Source of the DNA: a virus
DNA length: 64,000 nucleotides
IMG/VR virus record: IMGVR_UViG_3300050343_000261
Strand: one strand, 5' to 3'
A program made the translations under genes and the position numbers. This document shows positions 10,338-19,980 of the stretch, in pieces. The notes beneath the pieces are model-generated. The model was not told the origin of the DNA. It did no database searches and saw only the letters and a list, made by a program, of their open reading frames with translations. Numbering within the stretch: the stretch's first letter is position 1; each line of letters starts with the position of its first letter.

Positions 10338-11276
10338 TCAGCTCTCGGCAAGTCTCTGAAAGTAGGACAGGGCATCGTCATCTGAGTCATCAGCATTTGT
10401 TGATCCGGTCGCGACAACAGGCTCAACAACGGCAGGACTTTTTTTGACGATACGGTCTTCCTCATCCATTTGCTGCCGTGATTTTGTGACCGCTGCTTCC
10501 TCCTCATCGAAGGTTTCTGGGTCAACCGCTTTCCGAGAGTTGTTCAACACGGAATTCAAACGCTTCTCTAGATCCCCATATGCCTTGAATTGATCAGGGC
10601 GAGTAAATTCTTCCAGAGAATGTTGCTTCTTCCACAATGCCTCAAGGGCATCGTCGTCGTCCAACACTGGAGATGCGGCAGCAAATTCGCTGCTGTCATA
10701 GTTGCGGTAACCCGCAACGTTCTTAGCTTTCAGTTTGAAATTGGCACCTTGCCAAAAATCGAATGGATCGATTGCTTCTTCGTCTTCAAACTCAGGCTGC
10801 ATGGCAGCAGAAACTTTGTCAAAGATCTTCTTACCGAACTTGTAAAGGAAAACTTGTCCTTCGTTATGGGGGTTAGTTGGATCTTTGACGACATAGATGT
10901 TCGCAATGTAAGAAAGCTTTCGCTTCTGCTTACGTGCCAGATCCTTGTCACTATCAGTACCACTGTTCCAAAGGAGACGGTTGTACTCAGAGACAGGATC
11001 TTTCTGTCCTAGGGTGGTCAGGCTATTTTCGATATACCAACCTCCGGGTCCTTGGAAGGCGTGAGACCACACCTTCGCCCAAGGGAGCTCTTCTCCATCG
11101 GGAGCGGGCAAGAATCGGATGACGGCATAACCATTGCCTGCCTTATCGACTTCGAGTTTCCACAGACGTTCGTCTGTGTTACCAGATCCGCTGGTATTCA
11201 TCTTCTCAATCTCTTTGGTCAACTTTGAAGTCAGAGAACCAAGTCGAGATTGCTTTTTGAGGTCTGCAAAAGACAT
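10338..11276 (-). CDS. gp32: Single-stranded DNA-binding protein gp32
   Basis: MSFADLKKQS...DKAGNGYAVIRFLPAP...GANFKLK...NYDSSEF; acidic C-terminus. Confidence 0.97.
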   Translation of the reverse strand: MSFADLKKQSRLGSLTSKLTKEIEKMNTSGSGNTDERLWKLEVDKAGNGYAVIRFLPAPDGEELPWAKVWSHAFQGPGGWYIENSLTTLGQKDPVSEYNRLLWNSGTDSDKDLARKQKRKLSYIANIYVVKDPTNPHNEGQVFLYKFGKKIFDKVSAAMQPEFEDEEAIDPFDFWQGANFKLKAKNVAGYRNYDSSEFAAASPVLDDDDALEALWKKQHSLEEFTRPDQFKAYGDLEKRLNSVLNNSRKAVDPETFDEEEAAVTKSRQQMDEEDRIVKKSPAVVEPVVATGSTNADDSDDDALSYFQRLAES

Positions 11277-11320
11277 ATTGGATTGGATTCGGTGGATTGT
11301 AAGATTGTCACCGCTTACAT

Positions 11321-11349
11321 AATATAGCGGTTTATTTATCCACTGTCAA
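11321..11349 (-). promoter_or_regulatory. Sigma70-type early promoter with an embedded late promoter, upstream of gp32
   Basis: TTGACA-17 nt-TATATT, with ATAAATA inside the spacer. Confidence 0.75.
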
Positions 11350-11360
11350 GGAATCCAATA

Positions 11361-11591
11361 CTACATGTCCAACATGTCAAAGTTGTATTGCATAATAATG
11401 CCTGCCAGACGGGTTTTTAGAACGTGAAGATACTCTTGCTCTTCCGCAGGTCTGGCAGGAGAACCTGGCCACATCTTGATTGAATAATTTACATGATCAT
11501 ATAACATTCTACACTCTACTATACCCAAATTCATGCTTGCATACCAATCACCATCAAAAACTGAGTATTGATTTGCATCTTCGTCAATCAT
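11361..11591 (-). CDS. Conserved cyanophage hypothetical protein
   Basis: DWYASMNLGIVECRMLYDH...WPGSPARP.EEQEYL; start placed at the ATG overlapping the upstream stop. Confidence 0.6.
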   Translation of the reverse strand: MIDEDANQYSVFDGDWYASMNLGIVECRMLYDHVNYSIKMWPGSPARPAEEQEYLHVLKTRLAGIIMQYNFDMLDM

Positions 11592-11860
11592 TGATTTGAG
11601 GTAAAATGCTTTGCTCGGTACCAATAGTACCATTTTTGCACTCTTTTCTTTGCTTTCATATGCGTTGGGTCACGTGCCCACTCTCGCACATCATCCTCAG
11701 TTTTCCACTGACTGATGGTAATTTCAATGTCATCAACCATTTCACTTTGCATGTCAATAAACCCTGGAATCTTTCGTGCACTATCCATTAGAGTTTCATT
11801 ATATGCTTCGTACTCTTCAGTAAATTCCTTTACTTTCCCAACGAATAAAACAGAAATCAT
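11588..11860 (-). CDS. Antibiotic biosynthesis monooxygenase (ABM) family protein
   Basis: SARKIPGFIDM...ITISQWKTEDDVREWARDPTHMKAK..WY matches the ABM/HmoA pattern; start placed at MISVLF. Confidence 0.75.
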   Translation of the reverse strand: MISVLFVGKVKEFTEEYEAYNETLMDSARKIPGFIDMQSEMVDDIEITISQWKTEDDVREWARDPTHMKAKKRVQKWYYWYRAKHFTSNQ

Positions 11861-11876
11861 ATCAATCAATAAAAAA

Positions 11877-12900
11877 CTATTTATTGATGTGCTCAAAAAT
11901 AATATCTGCCCAGTATTCATGACCCTCTGGACTTAGATGCGTACCATATGATGCCATAGGGATACCCTCTTTATTCCTAACCTCAAAATATTCTCCTGGA
12001 GAGCAGAAACCAGGAAAGTTTGTCAAATACTTATACTTATCTGGATTTGTCACAAGTGATTCAAACTCAAATCTATCATCTAAAATAAGATCTGGAGGGA
12101 GACTACGTCCATAATTAGTGTCCTCAAAATTATCACGGACCATAAAAATTTTATATGGAATATTATGGGACTGGAAAATTCCAGACATTGCCCATAGTGC
12201 TTGCCACGTTCCCACATTATGATATTCATCTTACATTTAGATATATTCCTATAAAAATCCTTTATCAGTTTTCCCTCTCTTTTTATTTCATCATTTAGTG
12301 TATACTTATTTTCCGACAGATCTCCCAGGGTAGCAGTTGTTCTTAGTCTCTCATAAGTGTAAGCGGCATTTAGATATCCACCCCCCTCAAAATAATGATC
12401 TGATAGTTCTCCACTGGATGAATACATTGAATTCATCACATCAATAGGATAACGGAGGTCATATAAATGTTTACCCCTAGAGGGCACAAAACCTCTATCA
12501 GAGAATGTAAGTTGAACTACCACATATTCTACTTCTTCTCTTTTTTTACGATTTGAAAAATATCTTCCCATGTCAGTTGACATTGAATGATTAGAGTTGC
12601 CAGGTCTTGATACACAAACCTCTTCAAGTCCCATCTTCTCAGCAAGAAGTGCTCCCCATCTATGAGATCTTCGATATTCATTACACTCTATATCATGAAA
12701 GGAATCTAAAAAACTTTATCACACACATCATTCTCTCCCTCAATAATATAACTTTCAGGTGTACCGGCGTGCCTCCTTACCGATGAATCTCTATGAATAG
12801 GGACAATCATAGACTCTAGATCAAACTTTCTAAATGAATAGATTTGAGCTAATTCTAACCCAAAGGTAAGGGAACACCCCACACTTAGAAGTTTTCCCAT
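11877..12900 (-). pseudogene. SGNH-hydrolase-like gene broken by two single-base frameshifts (pseudogene or sequencing error)
   Basis: Three track ORFs join into one protein: GCSLTFG (fragment 1), WGALLAEKMG..SRPGNSN (fragment 2), THLSPEGH (fragment 3). One added base at the T6 run (12708-12713) and one near 12230 restore a single frame. Confidence 0.7.
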
Positions 12901-13229
12901 TATCTTTTGAGTTGTGTTTGCATTAGATTCAGTGTGTTCTTCATGTTGCCGAAAATAGTATTCATATCCGCAACACCAAACCCAATTTGTTTGGCAGACT
13001 CTTGAATCTTTTTCTTCATGTCAATTGCTTCAGGGTCCTCTGAGTAGGAGACTCTAGTCCACATAATCTGCTGTTTCTCCAGCAGTTCCTTCAAAGTTTC
13101 AATGTGCTCCCATTTAGCATCATCAGACATAGAAGGGAACTGCATGATGACATTGTATAAATCCTTCTGAATCTCATAGATGTCCTCCATCTCACGGCGG
13201 ACATTATCGTTCTCAAAAAAATTACTCAT
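12900..13229 (-). CDS. Conserved cyanophage hypothetical protein (DUF1825-like)
   Basis: MSNFFENDNVRREMEDI...LLEKQQIMWTRVSYSEDPEA. Confidence 0.7.
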   Translation of the reverse strand: MSNFFENDNVRREMEDIYEIQKDLYNVIMQFPSMSDDAKWEHIETLKELLEKQQIMWTRVSYSEDPEAIDMKKKIQESAKQIGFGVADMNTIFGNMKNTLNLMQTQLKR

Positions 13230-13825
13230 TAGAATTGATCGTTTACTTCGGTGATTACTTGTTTACGATACTTATCATTGTCAATATTTAGAAATGGCAA
13301 ATATTTCTTGATCTTCATCCCAATTTGATGCCACACAGGGTCATCTAGTTTCTTGTCATAGTCTTTGCAGTACCCAAACAGTTTCTCATAGATCACTACC
13401 TCCTCAATACTAAGGTTACCTCCCAAGTATTCTTTGAGTAGTGGAGGATGTCCATCTTTAGGTTCCAGAAATGTCTGCAACCCATACTGCTCCAACATGG
13501 TCTTGTTTGTGCTCTTGAAGTTATAGAACAAACTCTGCTGACGACGCTGCCATGCAACGTAAATGCTCTCACCCCCACGAATAATGTTTCCAATCCACAG
13601 ACCTTGTGGGTTATCAGTGCTTACAAAATTAGCAAGGAAAAAGTTCCTGATATCCTCGTCCTTGTACTTCCTTGAGGTCTTCTCAAAAAAGTACCTATCT
13701 TTCCTCTTGTAAAATGATTCAAGACTTGCTCTAGACTTACCACCATACACAAAGTAATCATACTTCTCCTTAGAGAAATGATTCTTGTACGCAAGATACT
13801 CTTTGTAAGTATCAAACGGTGTCAT
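13229..13825 (-). CDS. gp59: Helicase loader gp59
   Basis: FDTYKEYLAYKNHFSKEKYDY; FYKRKDRYFFEK; HPPLLK; start uncertain (13825/13840). Confidence 0.9.
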   Translation of the reverse strand: MTPFDTYKEYLAYKNHFSKEKYDYFVYGGKSRASLESFYKRKDRYFFEKTSRKYKDEDIRNFFLANFVSTDNPQGLWIGNIIRGGESIYVAWQRRQQSLFYNFKSTNKTMLEQYGLQTFLEPKDGHPPLLKEYLGGNLSIEEVVIYEKLFGYCKDYDKKLDDPVWHQIGMKIKKYLPFLNIDNDKYRKQVITEVNDQF

Positions 13826-14888
13826 AGGTTGCTTCATCATGCATTGCGACATTTTTTTTCAATTTCGCATCCAGTTGTGCAGTTGCAGTGAACCACACAG
13901 GGTTGCGGGGACACATAGAACAGATCTCATGAGGTTTTTTTACCTCATCAAATGATGCTCGTATGTCATCTGGGGAAGCAGAGATGTCAGTTGGTTTGTA
14001 CGCCAGGTACTTCTGCCATTCAGGATCATTGAGTTGATCTGTAGCATCCAACGATTCTCTGAGGTAGGAGATCATGGGACACTTCCACAGGTGTCCATTA
14101 TACAACTGACTATTGGGACACGTGCAGTGTGTAAAGCTTTCTTCAGGATTCCCTTCCTCAAAGGGGTAATATTTGATCTGGTCTTCCTTGATCTCATACC
14201 GCACAATATCAAACCACTGCCGAGGTTTACCATCAAGCAGACGGAATGCCTCACTAAATTCAAGAAGGTTATCCGTGTCCACATCGCGGGACTGGAGATA
14301 CCTAATAAACTTGGCAGCATTTTCCCAGTTGGCGGATCCCAACTCAGTAAACCAGGGTTTATGAAATGTCAGTCTGAAGTTGACACCTTTCAACATTTCA
14401 TCAGCAATCCACTCCTGCTCTTGTATGAGGCGTGAACCGTTGCTAAACAGTTTTATGTTACAGGTCTGCCCCGTTGCTTCTGCGACCTCTCTAGTGACCT
14501 TCACGACCTCTCTGGTGCGTGGTTCTAGTAAAGGTTCGCCACCGATGATGCTAATATGACTCCACACATATACTTTGGGCAAGAATTCTTTGATGTCTTC
14601 CATCAAAGCATCAATGTCTACACCACTCTTGACACCAAGAAGACTGCTGTTGTGATTACATGCACGACAGGCAAGATTGCACCCATTGATAACATGTATA
14701 CTCAGTAATCTTGTGGTAGGTCTCTCTGCCTCAAGAGATGCAATCTCTTCAGGTGTAACCTGTTTGAAGTTAGTTGTCCAGAATCCTTTTTGAGATCTAA
14801 CAAAGTCCACACTTTCAGATACTCTATGAAGTTTATCTACAGGTAGATTACTTTTGATCTGAGATAGTTTGAACTCTCTTTTATCCAT
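13812..14888 (-). CDS. Radical SAM enzyme with C-terminal Cys-rich auxiliary domain
   Basis: GCNLACRACNH (CxxxCxxC), IIGGEPLL, SNG, then CTCPNSQLYNGHLWKCP and CSMCP. Confidence 0.9.
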   Translation of the reverse strand: MDKREFKLSQIKSNLPVDKLHRVSESVDFVRSQKGFWTTNFKQVTPEEIASLEAERPTTRLLSIHVINGCNLACRACNHNSSLLGVKSGVDIDALMEDIKEFLPKVYVWSHISIIGGEPLLEPRTREVVKVTREVAEATGQTCNIKLFSNGSRLIQEQEWIADEMLKGVNFRLTFHKPWFTELGSANWENAAKFIRYLQSRDVDTDNLLEFSEAFRLLDGKPRQWFDIVRYEIKEDQIKYYPFEEGNPEESFTHCTCPNSQLYNGHLWKCPMISYLRESLDATDQLNDPEWQKYLAYKPTDISASPDDIRASFDEVKKPHEICSMCPRNPVWFTATAQLDAKLKKNVAMHDEATYDTV

Positions 14889-15136
14889 TAGATACTAAAA
14901 AACTTTGCTCTGGATGTCCTCTTCAAATAATTTAGGGTCATAGCATTGCCCTTGAGTTTTTCTTTCAAGGGTTTTGTGATGAGATTAGAAACAGATTCAA
15001 TCTCAATGTTGTTTGACTCGCAGTAAAAACAAATTGCCTCAATGTAATTCATTTCAGCATTGTCTTTGACTAAGTTTTCAATGTCATTAGTAAACTTGTC
15101 TTGACACAAGAATTTACTCTTCAAAATGGATTTCAT
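14888..15136 (-). CDS. gp33: Late promoter transcription accessory protein gp33
   Basis: KFLCQDKFTNDIENLV..MNYIEAICFYCESNNIEIE..LITKPLKEKLK..LNYLK. Confidence 0.88.
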   Translation of the reverse strand: MKSILKSKFLCQDKFTNDIENLVKDNAEMNYIEAICFYCESNNIEIESVSNLITKPLKEKLKGNAMTLNYLKRTSRAKFFSI

Positions 15137-15137
15137 T

Positions 15138-15806
15138 TCAGACTTGGAGTGCTGTGATTTTTTCTTCAACGAATTTCTCGATGTATTGAACAAGAAGTTT
15201 CATATATTTCATTTTATCATACTCTTCGTAAACTTGCACCTCTCCGTTCTCACATGTCATAATAATGACAAGTTTTTTTACGGGGATACCAGTACGTTCA
15301 AAGAACATACAAGCATATCCTGCTGCTTGTACGAAGTAACCTTCAATCCACTCCCTAGGTTTAGGTTTTGCTGATGTCTTGAAGTCAATGATTGCAAGTT
15401 CTCCATCGTACTCAGCGATGCAATCTACTGTACCTGCGACCCCAAGTTCCTCGCTATAGAGACTTTTTTCTAATGCGTATATGTTATTTATATTTTGTAA
15501 TGTTTTCTTTGCCTGGAGGAATAGCATTTTCGGTCCAGGATTCTTATATTCCACCTCTTTATTCAGCATGAATGTCTCGATCAACTCGTGACATTCTGTA
15601 CCACGACTGGTAGCACGTTTGGTGATACGGTTTGCTTCCTTATCACCGACACGTTTTCTCCACTCGACAAATTTCTTTGCACTCCAATGAGAAGTGACCG
15701 AGGTGATGGACACCATCGGTCGGTCATTGACTGTGTAAAAACGAACTCCTTCAATATTCTTCCGCTGAAGTCGCGGAAGATCACATTCTACATGGTCAAA
15801 CATCAC
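15138..15806 (-). CDS. PD-(D/E)XK exonuclease (RecB/Cas4-like), T4-like marine phage type
   Basis: SITSVT; ATSRGTECH; GVAGTVDCIAEYDGELAIIDFKTS; YFVQ..YA. Confidence 0.9.
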   Translation of the reverse strand: MMFDHVECDLPRLQRKNIEGVRFYTVNDRPMVSITSVTSHWSAKKFVEWRKRVGDKEANRITKRATSRGTECHELIETFMLNKEVEYKNPGPKMLFLQAKKTLQNINNIYALEKSLYSEELGVAGTVDCIAEYDGELAIIDFKTSAKPKPREWIEGYFVQAAGYACMFFERTGIPVKKLVIIMTCENGEVQVYEEYDKMKYMKLLVQYIEKFVEEKITALQV

Positions 15807-16558
15807 ATACCAAGTTCGATTTTGCTGGTTATGTAGGACTTGACAAGTCCTGAGCGAACGATATCCTCGATACCAAATTCGATTGAATCAAATTCTGGCA
15901 TGCGTTGGATGATCTTCATGAAATCTAGGATTCCATTTTTCTCATTGGTCTTGACAAGATCAGTCTGTGCCACATCACCACAGAACATGATCTTAGAACC
16001 TTCACCCACGCGGGTGATGATGCTGTCAAGTTCGTGGAAATTGAGGTTTTGAGACTCATCTACAATAATGATAGCATCATCCAGCGTAGTACCACGGATA
16101 AAGCTAGTAGACCAGAACGTCACTGACTCCTGTGCTTTCAGGTTACCCCAAAGCATTTCAAAGTCATTGTCCGTAGGCATCTCAAACATATACTTCACCA
16201 TATTCTTATAAGGAATTTGGTAAAGAGCAGACTTATCCTCGTGGTCTCCAGGAAGAAATCCGATCTCACGTGTTGACACCAGTGACCGAACAAGAACTAC
16301 CTTGTTATATTGCGTCAAAGGATCAAGCACATCCCTCAATGCCAGATAGAGAGTGATGAACGTTTTACCAGTGCCAGCACACCCGAAAAGAAATAGATTC
16401 TGATCGTCTGTGTACTTTTGGAATACCGTCTCCTGATTATCTGTGATTGGTAGAATTTCTACCATCGAATCAGAATTGATTGGTTTCTTACGTCGCATTT
16501 GCTTGGCAGTCATGCCAGCACCAACAGATGAAGAAATCTTCTTACGACGTGCTGTCAT
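15803..16558 (-). CDS. phoH: PhoH family ATPase
   Basis: GCAGTGKT Walker A; IGFLPG; SFIRGTT; IIVDESQN; GDVAQTDL. Confidence 0.95.
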   Translation of the reverse strand: MTARRKKISSSVGAGMTAKQMRRKKPINSDSMVEILPITDNQETVFQKYTDDQNLFLFGCAGTGKTFITLYLALRDVLDPLTQYNKVVLVRSLVSTREIGFLPGDHEDKSALYQIPYKNMVKYMFEMPTDNDFEMLWGNLKAQESVTFWSTSFIRGTTLDDAIIIVDESQNLNFHELDSIITRVGEGSKIMFCGDVAQTDLVKTNEKNGILDFMKIIQRMPEFDSIEFGIEDIVRSGLVKSYITSKIELGM

Positions 16559-16806
16559 GAGTGTGTAGTTTTCTGGGGTTTGACTCGTGAACCAGGAACT
16601 TGTGCAACCTTTGATAGAACTTCATTCCATCCACCATCAGTCCTACTGTAAACGTCACCTGTACCACTAACGGCAGAGGCAGTTCCTTTAGACCAATCTT
16701 TGTCCCAATCAGGATTGTCTTTACGCCACTGATCATAGTCAGCAACTTTCATTGACAATTCCTTTGTCTCGCCAGTTGTCAGATGTTTTACAGGATATGT
16801 TGGCAT
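16555..16806 (-). CDS. Conserved cyanophage protein (FmdB-like, MPTY start)
   Basis: MPTYPVKHLTTGETKEL...GGWNEVLSKVAQVPGS. Confidence 0.7.
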   Translation of the reverse strand: MPTYPVKHLTTGETKELSMKVADYDQWRKDNPDWDKDWSKGTASAVSGTGDVYSRTDGGWNEVLSKVAQVPGSRVKPQKTTHS

Positions 16807-16826
16807 GTGAGGGTAGTTTTGGTTAT

Positions 16827-17618
16827 TTATTTTGAAGGAATAACCTTTCGTTTACTCCGTTCTTGCAGTGCAGCACTGAACTTTATTGGTTTGGCAGTAC
16901 ACATGTTACATACACTTTCAGTAAGTCTACTATTATTACAGAAATTTGTCAATGCATCATCACTACAATCAACAGGAACACCATCGACAAGATACTCCTG
17001 CCACTCAGGATCATCCTGTTGATCAGTCACATATAATAGTTCCCTCAGAAATGCTGTGTTGGGACACTTCCACAGTTTCCCATCATACAACTGTGCATTA
17101 GGACAAGAACAAACCTTGAAACTCTTTGCTGGATTCTTATGCTCGTAAGGATAGACCTTACCATCTCTCTTCTTGATAGAGTTGAACCACCTATCTTTAC
17201 CAGTATGGTGCTCAGTAACAAGAACCTTAGGGTGGTTGAACTCTTTGATGATCTGTTCTACTTCTGGTAGATGAATGCTAATCCTAAGAAATATCTGTGG
17301 ATTCTCTAGACTCTTTTTGATCCATGCTTCATTCTGTAGGAGCAATAGACCATTACTGTAGAGATAGACAGGAGAATCAGTGTGTGTTGTACATGCATTT
17401 ACAATCTCCTCACAACGGGGATTCAGTAGTGGTTCGCCACCAATGACGGACACTCTACCTATATTTACCCTAGGCAATAGAGTTGCTATGTCATCAAGCA
17501 AACTATCAGTGTCTACCTTACTACCAGGAGCAAAATAGTTACTGAAATGATTACAACCCTTACATTGAAGGTTGCAACCAATAGATGCACTGATATCTAA
17601 GATGTCAATTGATGCCAT
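16827..17618 (-). CDS. Radical SAM enzyme, paralog of 13812..14888
   Basis: GCNLQCKGCNH, IGGEPLLNP, SNG, CSCPNAQLYDGKLWKCP, CNMC; start placed at MASIDIL. Confidence 0.9.
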   Translation of the reverse strand: MASIDILDISASIGCNLQCKGCNHFSNYFAPGSKVDTDSLLDDIATLLPRVNIGRVSVIGGEPLLNPRCEEIVNACTTHTDSPVYLYSNGLLLLQNEAWIKKSLENPQIFLRISIHLPEVEQIIKEFNHPKVLVTEHHTGKDRWFNSIKKRDGKVYPYEHKNPAKSFKVCSCPNAQLYDGKLWKCPNTAFLRELLYVTDQQDDPEWQEYLVDGVPVDCSDDALTNFCNNSRLTESVCNMCTAKPIKFSAALQERSKRKVIPSK

Positions 17619-18420
17619 GATATGCCAAGTACGCAGCACCCATGGCAGTGCCTCCATCGTTTGCTAGTGGTTCTGCATAGAACCTGTGATCAGGGAATCT
17701 TCCCAATGCTTTGTAGTTTGCTACACAATTCAAGAAACATCCCCCTGCAAAGACAATATTTGTTGTAGGTGCCATACGGATCAGTTCTAACACCCTCTCT
17801 TCCCACTCTGCCTGCAAAGACTTGGCAGGTTCAGAATCATAAACACTCTTCCCCATAACCTTACCTGCATCCATGTAGTGCCATCCATATTGAACGCATG
17901 CCTCTTCAAATCTCCTACCAAAACCAATATTATCAGGAGAGAACATGGTCTTATGAATTACACCCCAAGTGGGAGCAAAGAAAATAGATTCTATCTCTAG
18001 ACCTTCAGGTGTCTTTGATCCATTAGAATCAACAACAATACAAGTGGCAGTCTCAAATCCTGAGTTGTAGAAACCACATGCAGCGTGTGTCATATGGTGC
18101 TTCTTTCTGTAGTCATACAGTGCGGCACCAGGAAACTTTCTCTTGACAGCAGACAACATCTTGATGTTATCAACCTGCTTGTTACCACGTTTCCAAAAGG
18201 AATCTGCCAAAGCAATGTGCTCTATTCCCTCAGGCAACATATCAAGTAGAGACCTGATGTCATAGTCATACTTTACATAGGAAACACGCTCTGCCTCCAG
18301 GTACCAAACAGGTTTACCATCCTCAAGTAGACAAGCAGATCCATTATTAGACAGGTTCAACCCTAGGAGCAAATTTTTTGCCCGAGTTTTTTTCCCACTT
18401 TTCTGTAAATGAAAAGTCAT
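17605..18420 (-). CDS. Carbamoyltransferase N-terminal (Kae1-like) domain, copy 2
   Basis: GLNLSNNGSACLL; EAERVS; HHMTHAACGFYNSGF; VVDSNGS; AGKVMG; GGCFLNCVAN; NDGGTAMGAA. Confidence 0.88.
   Translation of the reverse strand: MTFHLQKSGKKTRAKNLLLGLNLSNNGSACLLEDGKPVWYLEAERVSYVKYDYDIRSLLDMLPEGIEHIALADSFWKRGNKQVDNIKMLSAVKRKFPGAALYDYRKKHHMTHAACGFYNSGFETATCIVVDSNGSKTPEGLEIESIFFAPTWGVIHKTMFSPDNIGFGRRFEEACVQYGWHYMDAGKVMGKSVYDSEPAKSLQAEWEERVLELIRMAPTTNIVFAGGCFLNCVANYKALGRFPDHRFYAEPLANDGGTAMGAAYLAYHGIN
18371..18396 (-). repeat. A-tract repeat motif, copy 2 (GGGAAAAAAACTCGGGCAAAAAATTT)
   Basis: Matches the copies at 9741 and 25271. Confidence 0.7.
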
Positions 18421-19013
18421 TTTCGCACCAGCTTTCCAACCTCTGGAAAGTATAGGTATGGTATATCAGACTCATAGAATGTTTTGAATGCATCCTGCGG
18501 AGACTCTACTAATGGTTCACCTGCCAGGTTGAATGAGGTGTTGAACAGCATTGGGATGCCTGTCTTGTCCCAGAATGCACTGATTAGTTTGTAGTAGTGC
18601 TCGTTCTGCTGCTCAGTAACAGTTTGAATACGACAAGTCTTGTCGATGTGCAGGACACCTGGAATCAAATGCCAACCAGGTGGACGTGCATCCATGGCAT
18701 ACATCATGAACGGAGACTCGTCAAGTCCACGCATGTAAAACCAATCGTTTGCATATTCAAGCATGACACTGGCAGCAAATGGTCTCCAGTGCTCACGCTT
18801 TTTGATTAGATTGACGGTCTTCTGTGCTTCATGATCACGAGGATCATACAACAAAGATCTATTTCCAAGAGCACGAGGACCTGCCTCTGATCTGCCTTGG
18901 AACAATGCAACCACTTCTTTACCTGCGATGATGTCTGCTACATCTTTGTAAGTTACATCGTCACCGTCAACAAAGGAGAGATCGTATTCAGGACCGAGGT
19001 ACAGTGTTCTCAT
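18417..19013 (-). CDS. Carbamoyltransferase C-terminal (YrdC-like) domain
   Basis: LYLGPEY; FQGRSEAGPRALGNRS; KKREHWRPFA; HIDKTCRIQTV; NTSFNLAGEP. Confidence 0.92.
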   Translation of the reverse strand: MRTLYLGPEYDLSFVDGDDVTYKDVADIIAGKEVVALFQGRSEAGPRALGNRSLLYDPRDHEAQKTVNLIKKREHWRPFAASVMLEYANDWFYMRGLDESPFMMYAMDARPPGWHLIPGVLHIDKTCRIQTVTEQQNEHYYKLISAFWDKTGIPMLFNTSFNLAGEPLVESPQDAFKTFYESDIPYLYFPEVGKLVRK

Positions 19014-19980
19014 AATGTTCCAATAGAGCAGAACCGATGGCAAGACCGCCATCATAAGCAAGGGGATCTACATACAAATTTATACCAGTTTTTAGGAGAT
19101 GATGGTTAGCAATACAGTTGAGGAAAAATCCTCCTGTAAGAACCACGTTCTCCTTACCGGTCAATTCATATGCTTTCTCAAGCATGAACATAGCATGTTC
19201 CTCAGCAGACTTTTGTAGTCGATATGCTAAGTCTTCAGGGTGCCACTCATGCCCAGTATACCTGGTGGTATTACCTTCTGGACTGAGTTCAGTAGAGCAC
19301 ACGCTATGCCCATTGTCAATCTCAAATAGATCTATAGGTGCTGCACCGTAGGTGGACAGACCCATGGTCTTACCAGCATCAGTTTCATCAAACCCACAGT
19401 ATCGTGACACTCTACGATACGCCTGACCAACGCTGGTCCTATTGCTGTAAAAGTTTTTACCGTCCCAGAAAGAAGAATCTAACTTTTTAGACTCATCTTC
19501 GCTCCAGAACGTAGAGTAATGTTTGAAGACTGACTCAAACTTTCCGTCGTTTACGTCAAAAATACTTTCAGTCTCACAGAACTTCAGATCTTTATGATGG
19601 TGTAGAGAACCTTTACCATCCATGACGATGACAGCAGCATCTTTGAACTCAGAGTTGTAATATGCATTCGCTGCATGGCATTCATGATGCCTGTCACGAT
19701 AATCTTTTAGTGGAAGTCCTTTTTCCTTGACTAGATCAATGATTTTGTTTGCCTGCTTGGTTCTAAACAGGTATTTTTTCAAATTATATGTGGTATAGCA
19801 GTCACATATAGTGACCACACCAATAGAATCATCTAAAAATTGAGTCGCAGCAGTCAGAGCAGATCGATCTCTCTTGACACGACTCAATCTTTCTTCTTCA
19901 ATGTAGAATTGAACCTCACCATCCTCAAGGATGGCAAGAGACCCATTATGCGACAGATTTATTCCGCAGATTCTACCCAT
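18988..19980 (-). CDS. Carbamoyltransferase N-terminal (Kae1-like) domain, copy 1
   Basis: GINLSHNGS; EEERLSRVK; HHECHAANAYYNS; VMDGKG; AGKTMGLS; GGFFLNCIAN; DGGLAIGSA. Confidence 0.92.
   Translation of the reverse strand: MGRICGINLSHNGSLAILEDGEVQFYIEEERLSRVKRDRSALTAATQFLDDSIGVVTICDCYTTYNLKKYLFRTKQANKIIDLVKEKGLPLKDYRDRHHECHAANAYYNSEFKDAAVIVMDGKGSLHHHKDLKFCETESIFDVNDGKFESVFKHYSTFWSEDESKKLDSSFWDGKNFYSNRTSVGQAYRRVSRYCGFDETDAGKTMGLSTYGAAPIDLFEIDNGHSVCSTELSPEGNTTRYTGHEWHPEDLAYRLQKSAEEHAMFMLEKAYELTGKENVVLTGGFFLNCIANHHLLKTGINLYVDPLAYDGGLAIGSALLEHYENTVPRS

Noticed and set aside
15138-15806. Cas4-like nuclease as a sign of CRISPR or anti-CRISPR
   Set aside because: It is the core marine T4-like exonuclease in its usual position beside phoH and gp33; no repeat-spacer array in the window.
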